Positions 7,392-19,348 of a stretch of DNA of 60,822 bases are shown here, one piece after another. The stretch spans positions 1 through 60,822 of the forward strand of contig CAZVTM010000009.1 in NCBI GenBank assembly GCA_964630205.1. Direction: 5' to 3'. Both the position numbers and the translations under genes were made by a program. Source of the stretch: an uncultured Helicobacter sp. GTDB lineage: Bacteria > Campylobacterota > Campylobacteria > Campylobacterales > UBA6016. The notes under the pieces were generated by a model that was not told where the DNA came from, did not search any database, and was given only the letters and a program-made list of their open reading frames with translations. Position 1 is the first letter of the stretch. The number at the start of each line of letters is the position of its first letter.

Positions 7392-8072
7392 ATGAGAATT
7401 TTGGTGGTTGAGAACGAAATCACACTTAACAAAACGGTAACGGAAGGCCTAAGTGAACTAGGCTACCAAACAGACGACGCAGAAAGCATCAAAGATGCTA
7501 TGTATTTTATAAGTATAAGAAACTATGACCTTATAATTATCAACTGGCTTATGGATGGCGGAGACGTCAGAGAGCTGATAGAGGCAATCAAGAAAAAATC
7601 CAACAGAACAGCCGTAATACTCCTTGCATGCAATACAGGCAAAGAGGACGAGATAGAGGGCTTAAGAGCTGGCGCCGACGACTATATCAGAAAGCCGTTT
7701 GATTTTGACGTGCTTGTGGCAAGGATAGAGGCAAGACTCAGATTTGGCGGCACAAGCATCATTGAAATAGAAGATTTGGTGATAGACCCGGATGAAGAAA
7801 AGATAACATTCAAAGAGGTGGAGATAGAACTAAAAGGCAAGCCTTTTGAAGTTCTAACACACCTAGCAAGACACAGAGACCAGATAGTAAGCAAAGAGCA
7901 GCTACTTGACGCCATTTGGGAGGAGCCCGAGCTTGTTACACCAAACGTCATAGAGGTCGCCATCAACCAAATCAGACAAAAAATGGATAAACCTCTCGAA
8001 ATCTCTACTATAGAGACCGTAAGAAGAAGAGGTTATAGGTTTTGCTATCCAAAACCGGCAGCCGAACTATAA
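7392..8072 (+). CDS. hsrA: Homeostatic orphan OmpR-family response regulator HsrA (HP1043/CosR-like)
   Basis: KGKPFEVLTHLARHRDQIVSKEQLLDAIWEEPELVTPNVIEVAINQIRQKMDKPL signature. Confidence 0.92.
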   Translation: MRILVVENEITLNKTVTEGLSELGYQTDDAESIKDAMYFISIRNYDLIIINWLMDGGDVRELIEAIKKKSNRTAVILLACNTGKEDEIEGLRAGADDYIRKPFDFDVLVARIEARLRFGGTSIIEIEDLVIDPDEEKITFKEVEIELKGKPFEVLTHLARHRDQIVSKEQLLDAIWEEPELVTPNVIEVAINQIRQKMDKPLEISTIETVRRRGYRFCYPKPAAEL

Positions 8073-8134
8073 GACTTAAGTTTTGATTTTGTATAACTTC
8101 ACCCGATTAAAATAACGAACCAAAAAGCGAGTAA

Positions 8135-8389
<255 letters not shown>

Positions 8390-8392
8390 CCG

Positions 8393-9862
8393 ATGGCCCG
8401 CATAACCGCCGTTATCGACATCGGCTCCAACTCTGCCAGAATGGTCGTATTTGAAAGGACCAGCAGATTTGGCTTCCATCTACTCAAAGAGATAAAATCA
8501 AAAGTTAGAATATCCGAAGGCGCTTACGAAAACGGCGGCGCCTTGCAACAAGAGGCCATGGATAGAGCCGTCAATGCTATAGAGGGATTTTTATCAATAG
8601 CAAACGGGTATAGCGCAAGAAAAATACTCTGCGTTGCGACGTCGGCGGTAAGAGATGCTCCAAATAAATCGGATTTTCTAGCCAGAGTCAAACGACAAAC
8701 CGGGATAAACATCAAGGTAATAGATGGTCTGAAAGAGGCTCATTATGGTGCGATAGCGGCGCTAAATATGCTCAAAATAGAAGATGCAATTACCGTTGAT
8801 ATCGGCGGCGGCTCTACGGAAATGGCGCTAATAAAAAACGGCAAAATAGAGGATTTAATTTCGCTAAATCTAGGCACGGTAAGGCTTAAAGAGCTTGTTT
8901 TTGACAAAAATCTACCACTGGATGAGGCAATAAAATTTGTCAGAAAAGAATTGGAGAGGGTGCCGAGCCACTTCAAATCCCAAACAGTCATAGGAATAGG
9001 GGGAACCAACAGAGCTCTTTCTAACGCCATTATGAGTATCAGCGACTACCCCGTAGATACATTACATGGATTTGAATTTTCTCTCGATGAATATTCCGGC
9101 TTTATAGACTCCTTGATATCCTCAAAAGTCGGAAAATTAAAAAATTTCGGCATCAAACCTGAGCGATATGACGTAATAAGAGAGGGGGCTCTCATAATTA
9201 GGTCCGTCATAGATGAAGTCGGCGCATCCAAAATGATAGCCAGCGGCGTCGGCGTAAGGGAAGGAGTATTCTTATCCGACCTTCTTAGAAACCAAAATAA
9301 TAAATTCCCGAAGAATTTTAGTCCCAGCCTAAGAAGTTTGCTTGACAGGTTTGGCTCAAATGAATACGCTACAAAACAGCTAACACAGGCCGCAAAAATG
9401 TTGTTTGCGGCTATGAAAAATGTTCACAAGCTAGACGACAAAGAGCTTCAGTATCTGTCTCATGCTGCAAAACTACTAAATATAGGGATATATCTAAATT
9501 TTTATAGCCATAGATACCATAGTCATTATATGGTTCTAAACAACCTCGATTACGGCTTTACGCATATAGATAAACTCATTATTGCCTCGATAGTCAAATA
9601 CCACGGCAAAAAGTTTTCTGGTCTTGATGCGGACTGTTTTTATAATATGCTAAAACCGCACGAAGAGAGGATAAAATGGCTCTCGATTATACTCTCTGTA
9701 GCCGAGGCGCTTACTGTAGACAGGAGCGGGGCGAAACTAGAGATAAGCTATGAAAAAGGGTGTATAGAGATAAAATCTGATAAAAAAATGTATCTAGCCG
9801 GCGAAAAGCTAAAACTACTCCTCAAAGGGAGCGGATTAAATTTCCGTATCACTACTATCTAA
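8393..9862 (+). CDS. ppx: Ppx/GppA exopolyphosphatase / pppGpp phosphohydrolase
   Basis: IDIGSNSAR, ATSAVRDA, DIGGGSTE and GVREG motifs. Confidence 0.92.
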   Translation: MARITAVIDIGSNSARMVVFERTSRFGFHLLKEIKSKVRISEGAYENGGALQQEAMDRAVNAIEGFLSIANGYSARKILCVATSAVRDAPNKSDFLARVKRQTGINIKVIDGLKEAHYGAIAALNMLKIEDAITVDIGGGSTEMALIKNGKIEDLISLNLGTVRLKELVFDKNLPLDEAIKFVRKELERVPSHFKSQTVIGIGGTNRALSNAIMSISDYPVDTLHGFEFSLDEYSGFIDSLISSKVGKLKNFGIKPERYDVIREGALIIRSVIDEVGASKMIASGVGVREGVFLSDLLRNQNNKFPKNFSPSLRSLLDRFGSNEYATKQLTQAAKMLFAAMKNVHKLDDKELQYLSHAAKLLNIGIYLNFYSHRYHSHYMVLNNLDYGFTHIDKLIIASIVKYHGKKFSGLDADCFYNMLKPHEERIKWLSIILSVAEALTVDRSGAKLEISYEKGCIEIKSDKKMYLAGEKLKLLLKGSGLNFRITTI

Positions 9863-9874
9863 GAGGGTGCCCTC

Positions 9875-12088
9875 TTAGAATCTCGTACCTATCGTAAACT
9901 CTATATTAGATGTTTTGTCGCCTGCTTTCTCATTAAGAGGTTTTGCATATATTATTTGTATAGGACCAAGCGGGGATATCCACTCGAGCGCCACACCATA
10001 ACCGGCTCTTGTATTCTCATTTAGGCTTGAAGTACCTATCATACCGTAGTCGTAAAATAGAGAGTATCTCATTTTGGCAGCTTCTATTAGCGGCATACTC
10101 AGCTCAACACTATTTGAGAAGGTTTTTGTATCTCCCAGTAGATAGTCGTTGGCATCTTTTGTGCCGATTGAACTTGACTGATATCCTCTTACAGTCGAGA
10201 GGCCGCCCATGTAAAATTTGCTTCCTCTTGATATCTTCTGATCGTTCATAATCCAGCCGAGTCTAGCTTTGTATCTGAATATCGCGTCATAACTGATTAA
10301 ATCTTCAAAGCCGTAAAAATAGCTAAATCTAGTGAAGCTTTTGGCGTATTTTTCCTTGCCGCCGACACCGGCATATTCGATACTTGTCCCTGCCGATATA
10401 CCGCTTCTTGGCGTATAATAATCGTCGGTATTGTCAAATCCTATGAACGGCGTAACCGATGATTTTGTGGTACTTTCCAAATCCTCAGGTCTGGTTATGT
10501 TTGTAGAAAGCTCTGAGTAGTTGATAGTAGCATACTGGTATGTGGCGCCCGCCGATAGATGCCTGCCTATCTGTCTGCCAAGAGTAACGCTTGAGCCCGT
10601 GCTTTTTTCTGTGTAGTCGTAAGCTATATATTTTCTCGAGAATATATTGCCGCTAAGGGAGTATTTACCGTCTCTAAGTCTTGGATTGGCCAACGATATA
10701 TCGTAATTTGACTGTTTACCCGATACTTCCATATTAAACCCGAGGTTGAGCCCGCTACCAAATACGTTTTTATCATTAATCCCGGCGTTAAATATAAGAC
10801 CGTCGTAAGTACCGTATCCGCCACCGACCATGATATTCCCGGTAGGCGCTTCTTTTACTTTGACGAGAAGGTCCATTTTATCCGCAGAAACTCTTTTTTC
10901 CTCAATCGTTACATCTTCGAAGTAACCGGTTCTTTTGAGCGAATTTTTTGAATCCGTTATATCCGTAAGGCTATACAAATCGCCCGGAGCCAGAAAAACT
11001 TCGCGTCTTACGACATTATCGAGAGTTCTGCTATTTCCGGATATGTATACGTTGTTTATATAAACTTTCTGCCCAGGATCAACCATGAAGGTAACGGTAG
11101 TAGTGTGTGTTTTTTCGTCTTTTGAAAAATCAGGTGTTACCCTCGTAAAAGCATACCCTTTGTCGGCTATTTTGTTTTTTATAGCATCCATATCTTTTCT
11201 GAGTTTTTCGATATTGAATACTTCGCCTTTTTTTAGCTTGAGCCCCTCCATGAGAACATTGTCGTCAAGGATTTTCTCTTTTTGTTCTATTTTGATATCG
11301 ATGACGTTATAAGGCTCACCTTCTGTTATTTTGTAATCAAGAGTAGCCGTATAGGTATTAAAATCGACGGTCAAAAAAGGGTCGCTAACGGTAGCGTCAA
11401 GGTATCCGTTTTGCATATAAACGTCTCTAATTCTGGCCGAATCGTAAGTTAGCTCTTCAAGCTTGAGCTTTCCATCGTGTCTACCCCAAAGCCACCCAGC
11501 CCACTCCCTTTCTTGGTTTGCAGCCTGAGACAATATTTTTTTCTTTTTTAGCTTGCTGTTTCCGACCGTGGTTAGCTTCTCTATGTATATTTTGTCGCCC
11601 TTGTTGATAACATACGTCACCTCTACCGCACTACCGTCGTTAATCTCTTTTTTATCCACCTCTACGACGGTGTTATAAAACCCCTCATTTTCGACATGTT
11701 TCATAACCGCTTTTTTGCTTTTTTCTATTCTCTCTTCATCATAGCTATCGCCTTTTTTGATGCCAAGATCGCTCATATACTTTTCTATGTCGCCCTCAGA
11801 CTCTCCGGCAAACTCTATTTTCGCTATGACAGGCTTTTCTTTGAAATGATATATCAGCACGCCGTCTTTTTCTTCGACCCAGATATCATCAAAATATCCC
11901 TGCGAATAAAAGTTCAATATCGACTTGCCTATCTTGTCGTATACAAATTGCTCACCCTTGCGTATACCGCTTATCTCTTCGGCCATCATAGGGGATATTC
12001 TTGAAAGCCCTTCGTATCTTACGTCTTGAATAACGAGAGCATAACTTGATACTGAAGCTAGTAGCATTGCGGCGGAAAATTTTTTCAC
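9875..12088 (-). CDS. bamA: Outer membrane protein assembly factor BamA
   Basis: Signal peptide, POTRA repeats, VRGY motif, terminal Phe. Confidence 0.95.
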   Translation of the reverse strand: MKKFSAAMLLASVSSYALVIQDVRYEGLSRISPMMAEEISGIRKGEQFVYDKIGKSILNFYSQGYFDDIWVEEKDGVLIYHFKEKPVIAKIEFAGESEGDIEKYMSDLGIKKGDSYDEERIEKSKKAVMKHVENEGFYNTVVEVDKKEINDGSAVEVTYVINKGDKIYIEKLTTVGNSKLKKKKILSQAANQEREWAGWLWGRHDGKLKLEELTYDSARIRDVYMQNGYLDATVSDPFLTVDFNTYTATLDYKITEGEPYNVIDIKIEQKEKILDDNVLMEGLKLKKGEVFNIEKLRKDMDAIKNKIADKGYAFTRVTPDFSKDEKTHTTTVTFMVDPGQKVYINNVYISGNSRTLDNVVRREVFLAPGDLYSLTDITDSKNSLKRTGYFEDVTIEEKRVSADKMDLLVKVKEAPTGNIMVGGGYGTYDGLIFNAGINDKNVFGSGLNLGFNMEVSGKQSNYDISLANPRLRDGKYSLSGNIFSRKYIAYDYTEKSTGSSVTLGRQIGRHLSAGATYQYATINYSELSTNITRPEDLESTTKSSVTPFIGFDNTDDYYTPRSGISAGTSIEYAGVGGKEKYAKSFTRFSYFYGFEDLISYDAIFRYKARLGWIMNDQKISRGSKFYMGGLSTVRGYQSSSIGTKDANDYLLGDTKTFSNSVELSMPLIEAAKMRYSLFYDYGMIGTSSLNENTRAGYGVALEWISPLGPIQIIYAKPLNEKAGDKTSNIEFTIGTRF

Positions 12089-12201
12089 TTGTTACCTTCT
12101 AAATTAAGCACTGTATTTTGGTAGATTTTAACTTTTTTTGTTTTAAACCAATCGGCGGTAAAAGCGAGCCTCCAAGCCACGGAGCCCAAAAAGTTTCCCC
12201 T

Positions 12202-12210
12202 TGGTATAAT
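12202..12210 (+). promoter_or_regulatory. Extended -10 promoter of tyrA-pyrB-pabB-pabC
   Basis: TGGTATAAT upstream of ATG 12247. Confidence 0.55.
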
Positions 12211-12246
12211 TTTGACAAAACACAACCTTTCAAAGTGCAAGAAAAT

Positions 12247-13077
12247 ATGGAAATCTCTATAATAGGTCTCGGTCTTATGGGCGGCTCAATGGGGCTTGCG
12301 CTCAAAAAAACAACCCATGCGTCAAAAATATACGGCTACGACTCAAATGTATCGCACTTAGAAGAGGCGCTTCGGCTGGGATTAATAGACAAAGCCGTTA
12401 CCCTTGAAGAGGGGCTTCAAAAAGACGTAGTAATCTTGGCGACGCCTGTAGACGTTTGCATACAGATTCTGGGCGATTTTACCGCAAAAAACGAATCTCA
12501 AACAATTATAGACCTCGGAAGTACCAAAGAAAAAATCTCATCATCTATAAACCCAAAAATACGTTACAACTTTGTCGCAGCTCACCCAATGACAGGTACC
12601 GAATACAGCGGTCCTTCGGCAGCAAAAGAGGAACTTTATGCGGGCTGTACTGTGGTATTGTGCGACCTTGAAAAAAGCGGAAGCCATCAGGTAAAAATCG
12701 CAAAAACAATATTTGTAGCGCTGGGGACAAAAATCATAGAGATGGACTCAAAAACTCATGATTTACATGCCGCATATATAAGCCATTTGCCGCACATTAT
12801 CAGCTTCTCTTTGGCCAATGCGGTCTTAAGCAAAGAAAACCCGCATGATATTCTCTCGATGGCCGCAGGAGGTTTTCGCGATATGAGCAGACTAGCCAAA
12901 AGCAGGCCCGACCTTTGGACTCAGATTTTTAGACAAAACAGGGCAAATCTATTGGAGTCTATAGATATTTTTGAAAAAAATCTGCAAGAGCTAAAAAAAG
13001 CGGTTGCGGACGAAAACTGGGAAGAGCTAAAAGATAAACTACAAAAAGCCAATCAACTACATCTAATATTTAGGTAA
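12247..13077 (+). CDS. tyrA: Prephenate dehydrogenase
   Basis: IIGLGLMGGS Rossmann motif, DLGSTK, HPMTGTE, HD...SHLPH; start re-placed at ATG 12247. Confidence 0.92.
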   Translation: MEISIIGLGLMGGSMGLALKKTTHASKIYGYDSNVSHLEEALRLGLIDKAVTLEEGLQKDVVILATPVDVCIQILGDFTAKNESQTIIDLGSTKEKISSSINPKIRYNFVAAHPMTGTEYSGPSAAKEELYAGCTVVLCDLEKSGSHQVKIAKTIFVALGTKIIEMDSKTHDLHAAYISHLPHIISFSLANAVLSKENPHDILSMAAGGFRDMSRLAKSRPDLWTQIFRQNRANLLESIDIFEKNLQELKKAVADENWEELKDKLQKANQLHLIFR

Positions 13078-13083
13078 AAGAGC

Positions 13084-13983
13084 ATGACAAAAAGACACCT
13101 TTTGACGACCAAAGACTTCGATAAAAGCGAGATAGAGGCGCTATTAAAGCGGGCTGAGGCGTTTTTGACAAAGAAAGACGATGAAAAAAAGCATACCAAT
13201 AAGCTTTTGATTAATATCTTTTTTGAGAATTCTACAAGGACAAGAAGCTCGTTTGAGGTGGCGGCAAAAAGACTTGGGCTTGACGTTGTAAATCTTGATG
13301 TAGGTACCAGCTCCACAAGCAAAGGGGAAACTCTCTACGATACGGCCGCAAATCTCAACGCCATGGGCCCTAGCGTCATAGTCGTTCGCCATAAAAGTTC
13401 AGGTGTACCGCAAATCCTCTCAGAATACGTCTCATGCTCGATAGTAAACGGCGGAGATGGAGCGCATGCCCATCCAACACAGGCCTTGCTTGACCTTTTT
13501 ACATTAAAGTCAAATTTGGGTGAGCTAAAAGGGAAAAAGATAGCGATAGTAGGCGACATCAAAAACTCAAGAGTCGCAAATTCAAATATAGAACTTCTAA
13601 GCCGCTTCGGGATGGAAGTAATACTGGTGGCTCCGCCGCATTTTATGCCAAAATCGGAACTCCCCAAAACTTATAATATCAAAGAGGTTATAGACGACGT
13701 AGACGCGATAATGAGCCTACGGACGCAAACCGAGAGACACGAAACCGTCAGCTACGCAAGCCTAAAAGACTATGCTTCAGATTTTTGTATCACCGAAGAG
13801 CTGATAGGAGATAGAGACCTTATAGTACTCCACCCCGGGCCGATACACAGAAATATCGACATAACCGATGCGGTGCTAGCGGACCCTAGATGCAAGGTAC
13901 TAGAACAGGTGCGCAACGGTGTTGCCATAAGAATGGCCGTAATAGAAAAACTGATAACCGATGAGCCTAAGAGAAAAAATTAA
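13084..13983 (+). CDS. pyrB: Aspartate carbamoyltransferase catalytic subunit
   Basis: [21 protein letters not shown] and HPGP motifs. Confidence 0.96.
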   Translation: MTKRHLLTTKDFDKSEIEALLKRAEAFLTKKDDEKKHTNKLLINIFFENSTRTRSSFEVAAKRLGLDVVNLDVGTSSTSKGETLYDTAANLNAMGPSVIVVRHKSSGVPQILSEYVSCSIVNGGDGAHAHPTQALLDLFTLKSNLGELKGKKIAIVGDIKNSRVANSNIELLSRFGMEVILVAPPHFMPKSELPKTYNIKEVIDDVDAIMSLRTQTERHETVSYASLKDYASDFCITEELIGDRDLIVLHPGPIHRNIDITDAVLADPRCKVLEQVRNGVAIRMAVIEKLITDEPKRKN

Positions 13984-14908
13984 CGCTCTAGGTGCCGCCA
14001 AAACACCGTTTATTTTTTGTATAAACTACGATAAAACAGATGGATTCGTATATGAAAAAGATAAAATACCTCCCAATATAAAAATAAGTATCGACAAAAA
14101 AAGAGCGGCCAAGCCGAAAAATAAGCCGACGATAACAAACTGCACCCCAATAGCCTTCGCGCAATATCTTGATAAAATAGACGCAATCAAAGAGCATATT
14201 AAAAACGGCGACATATATCTGGCAAATCTAACATGCGAAAGTAAAATCGAATTTTCTGGCTCTCTTTCGGATATCTTCGATGCGTCATTGGCTCAATTTA
14301 AACTGCTTGTAGATGGATCTTTTGTAGTTAATTCGCCGGAGGAGTTCGTGAAGATAGAAAATGGCGTCATAAGCACGTATCCCATGAAAGGCACTGCGGA
14401 CTTCAAAGACGAAAACAGTATAAAAATGCTAATAGACGATAAAAAAGAGTTAGCGGAACATACTATGGTGGTAGACCTCCTAAGAAACGATCTCTCGATG
14501 GTATCTAGTCTGGTGCGGGTCGATAATTTTAGATATCCGGTTATTATCGAAGCGGACGGTAAAAAACTAATCCAAACCGTCTCCAAAATAAGCGGTAAGC
14601 TGGCAAACGGCTACGAACAGGGGTTTGGGGATATACTTTTTTCCCTTTTGCCGGCTGGCTCCATCACCGGAACCCCAAAAAGAAAATGCGTCGAAATACT
14701 AGAAAAAACAGAAAATTACAAACGAGGGTTTTATTGCGGAATATTCGGAGAGTATGACGGCGTTACGCTTCGTAGTGCAGTAGCCATAAGATACATAGAA
14801 AAAACATCCAATGGGTACATATACAAAAGCGGCGGGGGAATTACGGCGGATAGCAATCCGAAAGCAGAATATGAAGAGATGATAAAAAAGGTTTACCTTG
14901 CTTTTTGA
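13961..14908 (+). CDS. pabB: Aminodeoxychorismate synthase component I
   Basis: [34 protein letters not shown] motifs. Confidence 0.88.
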   Translation: MSLREKINALGAAKTPFIFCINYDKTDGFVYEKDKIPPNIKISIDKKRAAKPKNKPTITNCTPIAFAQYLDKIDAIKEHIKNGDIYLANLTCESKIEFSGSLSDIFDASLAQFKLLVDGSFVVNSPEEFVKIENGVISTYPMKGTADFKDENSIKMLIDDKKELAEHTMVVDLLRNDLSMVSSLVRVDNFRYPVIIEADGKKLIQTVSKISGKLANGYEQGFGDILFSLLPAGSITGTPKRKCVEILEKTENYKRGFYCGIFGEYDGVTLRSAVAIRYIEKTSNGYIYKSGGGITADSNPKAEYEEMIKKVYLAF

Positions 14909-15455
14909 GACAATTTTATGCGTAGATGGACTCGCTCAAAATATAGACATGCATGAAAGGCGGATGAAAAACAGTACGGGCAAGGAGTTTTGTTTGTCAT
15001 TTTTGACGCCGCCGCAAAACGGCATATTTAGATGTAAATTGATATACGACAATGACATAATAAGCGTAGAGTATACGCCATATGTAAAACGGCCGATAAA
15101 AACCCTAAAAATAATATTTTCGGATATATCCTACCGTGTAAAATCAACAGATAGGGCGGCGCTTGACAAACTCTTTGCAAAAAAAGGTGATGCAGACGAC
15201 GTACTCATAGTTAAAAATGGTCTTGTGACGGATATCAGCATAGCCAATATAGCTTTTTTATCGGATGGACAATGGATAACTCCAAACAATCCACTGCTAG
15301 AAGGGACAATGAGGCAAAAACTACTAAATAATGGATTTTTAACTAAAGGGGATGTACAAATTTCCGATATCGACCGCTTTGACGATATTGCCATTATGAA
15401 CTCCCTGAGGGGTTTTGAGCCCCTAGGAACGGTAAAAGAGGTTATTAGGTTCTAA
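14898..15455 (+). CDS. pabC: Aminotransferase class IV / 4-amino-4-deoxychorismate lyase
   Basis: FETI start, LLEGTMR, NSLRG motifs; follows pabB. Confidence 0.75.
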   Translation: MLFETILCVDGLAQNIDMHERRMKNSTGKEFCLSFLTPPQNGIFRCKLIYDNDIISVEYTPYVKRPIKTLKIIFSDISYRVKSTDRAALDKLFAKKGDADDVLIVKNGLVTDISIANIAFLSDGQWITPNNPLLEGTMRQKLLNNGFLTKGDVQISDIDRFDDIAIMNSLRGFEPLGTVKEVIRF

Positions 15456-17406
15456 ATTCGCCTAGTTTAGAATTTAGCTCTTCGGTTAGCTTGTATAGAT
15501 GCTCTGCCGCAGACACTATCTCTTCTACGCTTCTTGTATTTGACGACGATATTTTATTTATCTCATCGACTTTGGCAACTATCTCTTCCGTATCTTTGGC
15601 TATTTTGATTGTGTCCTCCGCCATTTTCTCCACACATCCGGTGGCGGTAGACATTATGTTTACCGTCGTATTTATATTTTCGCCGACCTCCGTAGAGACA
15701 CGAGTCAATTCGCTTATTTCATCAGAATTTTTGTTCATTTGCTCAGTTGCGTCTATGATTGACTGAACTATTGTATTTATGGTTGCATTGATTTCCGTTA
15801 GGCTCTTTTGAGTTCTCTCCGCCAGCTTTCGTACCTCGTCGGCGACAACAGCAAAACCTCTGCCGTGCTCCCCTGCCCTTGCCGCCTCTATTGCAGCGTT
15901 GAGAGCCAAGAGATTTGTTTGGTCTGCTATGTCGGCAATAACCGTAAGTATATTTTTGACCTGCTCCGCCTCTTGGCTAAGATGATTAAGTCTCTCGGCA
16001 AGCTCCGATTCGGCCTGGGCGCTATTGGCCACTCTGCCGACCAAAGAAACGATAGAGCCCCTTGCGGTCTCCAGATTTTGTCTAGCTCTGGCTATCTCTT
16101 CTTTTGTGGTCACAGCCTCTTGTATTGACATGGACAGCATAGCTTTCATCTCTTCGCCTTTTTGGCTAGTAGCATTAACTATCCTCATCTCATCCTCGGC
16201 TCTTTTGCCTATGTTTATAACGGTTGAAGACAACTCGCTAGAAACGGCGGCGTTTTCGTTTGCAGATTTTTTTGCATCGGCAACGATGTAGCGGACTTTT
16301 TCTATAAATTTATTAATAGCCGTCGCCGTAAGCCCCAACTCATCGTTGCTTTGCAGCTTAAGCGTTTTTGTCAAATCTCCTTCGCCGCTAGCCAAATCTT
16401 CGGCAAGGACCTCGAATTCCGTTACAGGTTTTTTAACCGCAACGTTAACAACAAGGGCTATCATACCGACCATCAAAGAGCCTACGATAGCCATCAGGGC
16501 TACTTGCATATATGCCGTTTGTTTTGCGGAGTTAATCGCCGAGTTTATTTGGCCGATTTCTTTTCCGCAAACGAGATAGCCTATAGTCTCGCCTTTAAAA
16601 TCTTTTAAAGCTCTTGAGCTTACATAGTAGTCATCTCCTATGTAATAATCACCGATTTTCTCAAAGTCAATCGAAGCTATCTCTTCTACCAATTTTTTGT
16701 CTATAGTGTCCACATCCTGTGCAATCAAAAAGTTTTTATATTTTGGATTATCCTTGTACGCTTTTGCGATAGGCGCATACTGGTCTTTTAGCAAAAATAG
16801 AGTTGAAGCGTTGATATCTTTTTTTGCATCCTTGATAACACTAATAAAAGCCTGTATAAACTCTACCGTACCGACAAACTCACCGCTTTTTGAAAAAACA
16901 GGAGCAAGTCCCCTCATAGACAGACCCTTGTCTCCGACCTCTATAGCGGCAAAAGCTTTTTTATTTGCGTGCACCTCTTTAATTGTATGTCTAAAAGAGC
17001 TCAAATCCTGACCAAACTCTTCCGGCTTCCAAGATCGGACGAAGGACTTTATCTCTTTATCGTGAAGATGAATTTGAATATTTTTGAATTTGGTATCATC
17101 TTTAAACTTTTTACCCATATCTTTAACCGCATTGATGGCTATCTCCCTATTTCCCGTAGCCAAAGACTCTTTGATGGCATCGTTAAAAGATAGAGTTATC
17201 GCATTGGATACGCCAACCGATGCTTTTTCGGCTATGGCCTGAGTATAAAAAAGATCTATCCTTTGCTTAGTCTGAGAATAGACGTCATCTTCTATTTTAT
17301 CGACACTCCTGATGCCAAGCACAATCGTAAGCCCTATAATTACAGCCAACAATCCAATCAGCGGTATATAAACTTTCGTAGAAATGGATCTAAAATTTTT
17401 TGGCAT
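15445..17406 (-). CDS. Methyl-accepting chemotaxis protein with Cache-type periplasmic sensor and HAMP domain
   Basis: Two TM segments; [38 protein letters not shown] signalling core. Confidence 0.95.
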   Translation of the reverse strand: MPKNFRSISTKVYIPLIGLLAVIIGLTIVLGIRSVDKIEDDVYSQTKQRIDLFYTQAIAEKASVGVSNAITLSFNDAIKESLATGNREIAINAVKDMGKKFKDDTKFKNIQIHLHDKEIKSFVRSWKPEEFGQDLSSFRHTIKEVHANKKAFAAIEVGDKGLSMRGLAPVFSKSGEFVGTVEFIQAFISVIKDAKKDINASTLFLLKDQYAPIAKAYKDNPKYKNFLIAQDVDTIDKKLVEEIASIDFEKIGDYYIGDDYYVSSRALKDFKGETIGYLVCGKEIGQINSAINSAKQTAYMQVALMAIVGSLMVGMIALVVNVAVKKPVTEFEVLAEDLASGEGDLTKTLKLQSNDELGLTATAINKFIEKVRYIVADAKKSANENAAVSSELSSTVINIGKRAEDEMRIVNATSQKGEEMKAMLSMSIQEAVTTKEEIARARQNLETARGSIVSLVGRVANSAQAESELAERLNHLSQEAEQVKNILTVIADIADQTNLLALNAAIEAARAGEHGRGFAVVADEVRKLAERTQKSLTEINATINTIVQSIIDATEQMNKNSDEISELTRVSTEVGENINTTVNIMSTATGCVEKMAEDTIKIAKDTEEIVAKVDEINKISSSNTRSVEEIVSAAEHLYKLTEELNSKLGEFRT

Positions 17407-17584
17407 CCCAAACCCTCTTTATATTTTTATTTATTTTTTAATTTTACATTATATTTTAACGAAAATCGCCGATAGAATATAGACTTTATCGTTTTTTTAC
17501 GTGACTAATTAGTGACCTAGGCACAATTTGTAACTAAAATTTGTCAGTATTTTTTGGAATGAAAGTCTTGTATCGGTCTATATG

Positions 17585-18301
17585 TTAGATGTTGGCTAAA
17601 AAAATTTCTTCAACAGCCAAAGAGTGCTTCAAAAAGAAGTAATGATCTCCGTCAAAATCATAAAAATGAGAATTTGCGATAAGCGAGGCTATTTTTCTCC
17701 CGCTCAAAACCGAAGTAGCGGCATCGTTGCGCCCCCAAAACACAAGCGTTTTAGACTTTGTAGCGGCAAAATATTCAGAAAAATCTTCATCAACTACATT
17801 TTTCAATGTTTCGTACATATTTTTTGGCATTCCGTCTGCGTCTTTGGTCGCAAAAAACCTATACATCGAGTCGCCGAATAGTTTTTTTAGAAACTTGAAT
17901 ATCTTAATTTTGGCTCTAACCTTAAAAGGTTTTTTTTCTACTATTCCGGCTGAGCTAAGCAGGCAAAGCATATTTGGCGATAGCAGCGTAGCCACTTTAC
18001 CGCCGAAAGAATGCCCAAACATGGCGAATGGGCGTATTTGGATAGACTCCAAAAAAGAACGGATAATCTGAGCATAGTCCATGGTTGTCAGTATATACCC
18101 ATTTGGACTTTTCCCAAATCCCGGCATATCCACAAAAACGAGCGTAAATCCTTTGAATCTATCTGCAAAAGCAGCCTTCATAACCTCTTTATTGCTTCCC
18201 CAGCCATGCAAAAATAGTATTTGACGCTCTTTGCCCACGTTTACTATGTCATAGGCAATATCAAAACTCCTGCCGCTTACTTCGACGGTTTTTAGAGCCA
18301 C
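17585..18301 (-). CDS. Alpha/beta fold hydrolase
   Basis: LHGWG, DMPGFG, GHSFGG nucleophile motif; downstream of ddl. Confidence 0.88.
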   Translation of the reverse strand: MALKTVEVSGRSFDIAYDIVNVGKERQILFLHGWGSNKEVMKAAFADRFKGFTLVFVDMPGFGKSPNGYILTTMDYAQIIRSFLESIQIRPFAMFGHSFGGKVATLLSPNMLCLLSSAGIVEKKPFKVRAKIKIFKFLKKLFGDSMYRFFATKDADGMPKNMYETLKNVVDEDFSEYFAATKSKTLVFWGRNDAATSVLSGRKIASLIANSHFYDFDGDHYFFLKHSLAVEEIFLANI

Positions 18302-19345
18302 TTACAGTTTGCCTTTTGCACTTTTTATCTCATTGATGTATTTATAATCAATTTTCACCCTTCTTTGGTGCGGCAACGAGTGCGCAACCCCTTCAAGCAA
18401 GGTATTAAAATCTGCAAATAGATAGTTGGCAAGACTACCCGGTATAGGATTTACCTCATTTAGATATACCTCGCCGTCAACTGCGAAAAAGTCGCATCTG
18501 ATGATAGCTCCGTCAAAGCCGAAATTGTATATTGAGGCAAACGCCGCTTTGAGTTTTGCCGCCAAATCTTCGTCGATGCCTGCAGCAGCCACTTCGTCCG
18601 TTCTGGCAAAGTCCATATATTTTTTCTCAAAATCGAGATAGCCGTCTTTTTTCGGCTCTTCAATATTTGAATATAGAATTTCACCTTTTACTCTTGCGCC
18701 GGCAACATTAAATTCTCTTACATTTTCGATAAACGGCTCTATAAGCACCGAATCGTCAAATTCAAAAGCCACGTCTAGCGCATAATCAAGCTCTTTTTCG
18801 CTTTTTACGACACTTACGCCTATAGAGCTTCCAAGACGGGACGGCTTAACTATTACGGGGTATGTCAGCTCTATCTTGGCGTCTCTTTGATTTTTAAATA
18901 TCGTTTTGTACTCAAGCGCTTTAACGCCACAAATCTCGGCCAAAGATTTTGTAAGAAGCTTATTAAAGCTCATAACGCACGCTTCCGTCCTAGGTCCGAT
19001 ATATGGGACTCCGTAAAAATCAAACATCGAGGCTATTTTGCCGTCTTCACCGTCGCCGCCATGCGCTAGATTTACTACACATACTTTGCCGAGCTCCGAG
19101 AATCCAAATAATCCCTTGGTGAAAAATCCACCCTTTTGAAGATATAGTTTTTTACTGTTTTTGTATCCTCTTTTTGCAAAATACGTTGATTTCATATTTA
19201 AGGAATCTATCAACCAAAATTCACCGGCTTCGTCGACAAATATAAAAGTAAGCTCTTTTTTTATTACTTTTTTGAGAGCTATTGCGCTGACGATGCTAAT
19301 TTCATGTTCATAGCTATTTCCGCCAAAAAGTAAAGCTAGTTTCAA
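18302..19345 (-). CDS. ddl: D-alanine--D-alanine ligase
   Basis: GGNSYEHEISIVSA, HGGDGEDG, GSSIGV and NEVNPIPG motifs. Confidence 0.95.
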   Translation of the reverse strand: MKLALLFGGNSYEHEISIVSAIALKKVIKKELTFIFVDEAGEFWLIDSLNMKSTYFAKRGYKNSKKLYLQKGGFFTKGLFGFSELGKVCVVNLAHGGDGEDGKIASMFDFYGVPYIGPRTEACVMSFNKLLTKSLAEICGVKALEYKTIFKNQRDAKIELTYPVIVKPSRLGSSIGVSVVKSEKELDYALDVAFEFDDSVLIEPFIENVREFNVAGARVKGEILYSNIEEPKKDGYLDFEKKYMDFARTDEVAAAGIDEDLAAKLKAAFASIYNFGFDGAIIRCDFFAVDGEVYLNEVNPIPGSLANYLFADFNTLLEGVAHSLPHQRRVKIDYKYINEIKSAKGKL

Positions 19346-19348
19346 TTC

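Noticed and set aside
12150-12200. GC-rich patch in the bamA-tyrA intergenic region as a tRNA or sRNA
   Set aside because: No cloverleaf, T-loop or convincing stem beyond about 4 bp
17464-17490. Sigma28-like promoter for the MCP (minus strand TAAAGTCT...GGCGATTT)
   Set aside because: Imperfect -10 and spacing, and a TATAAT lies closer to the start; cannot be supported from sequence alone
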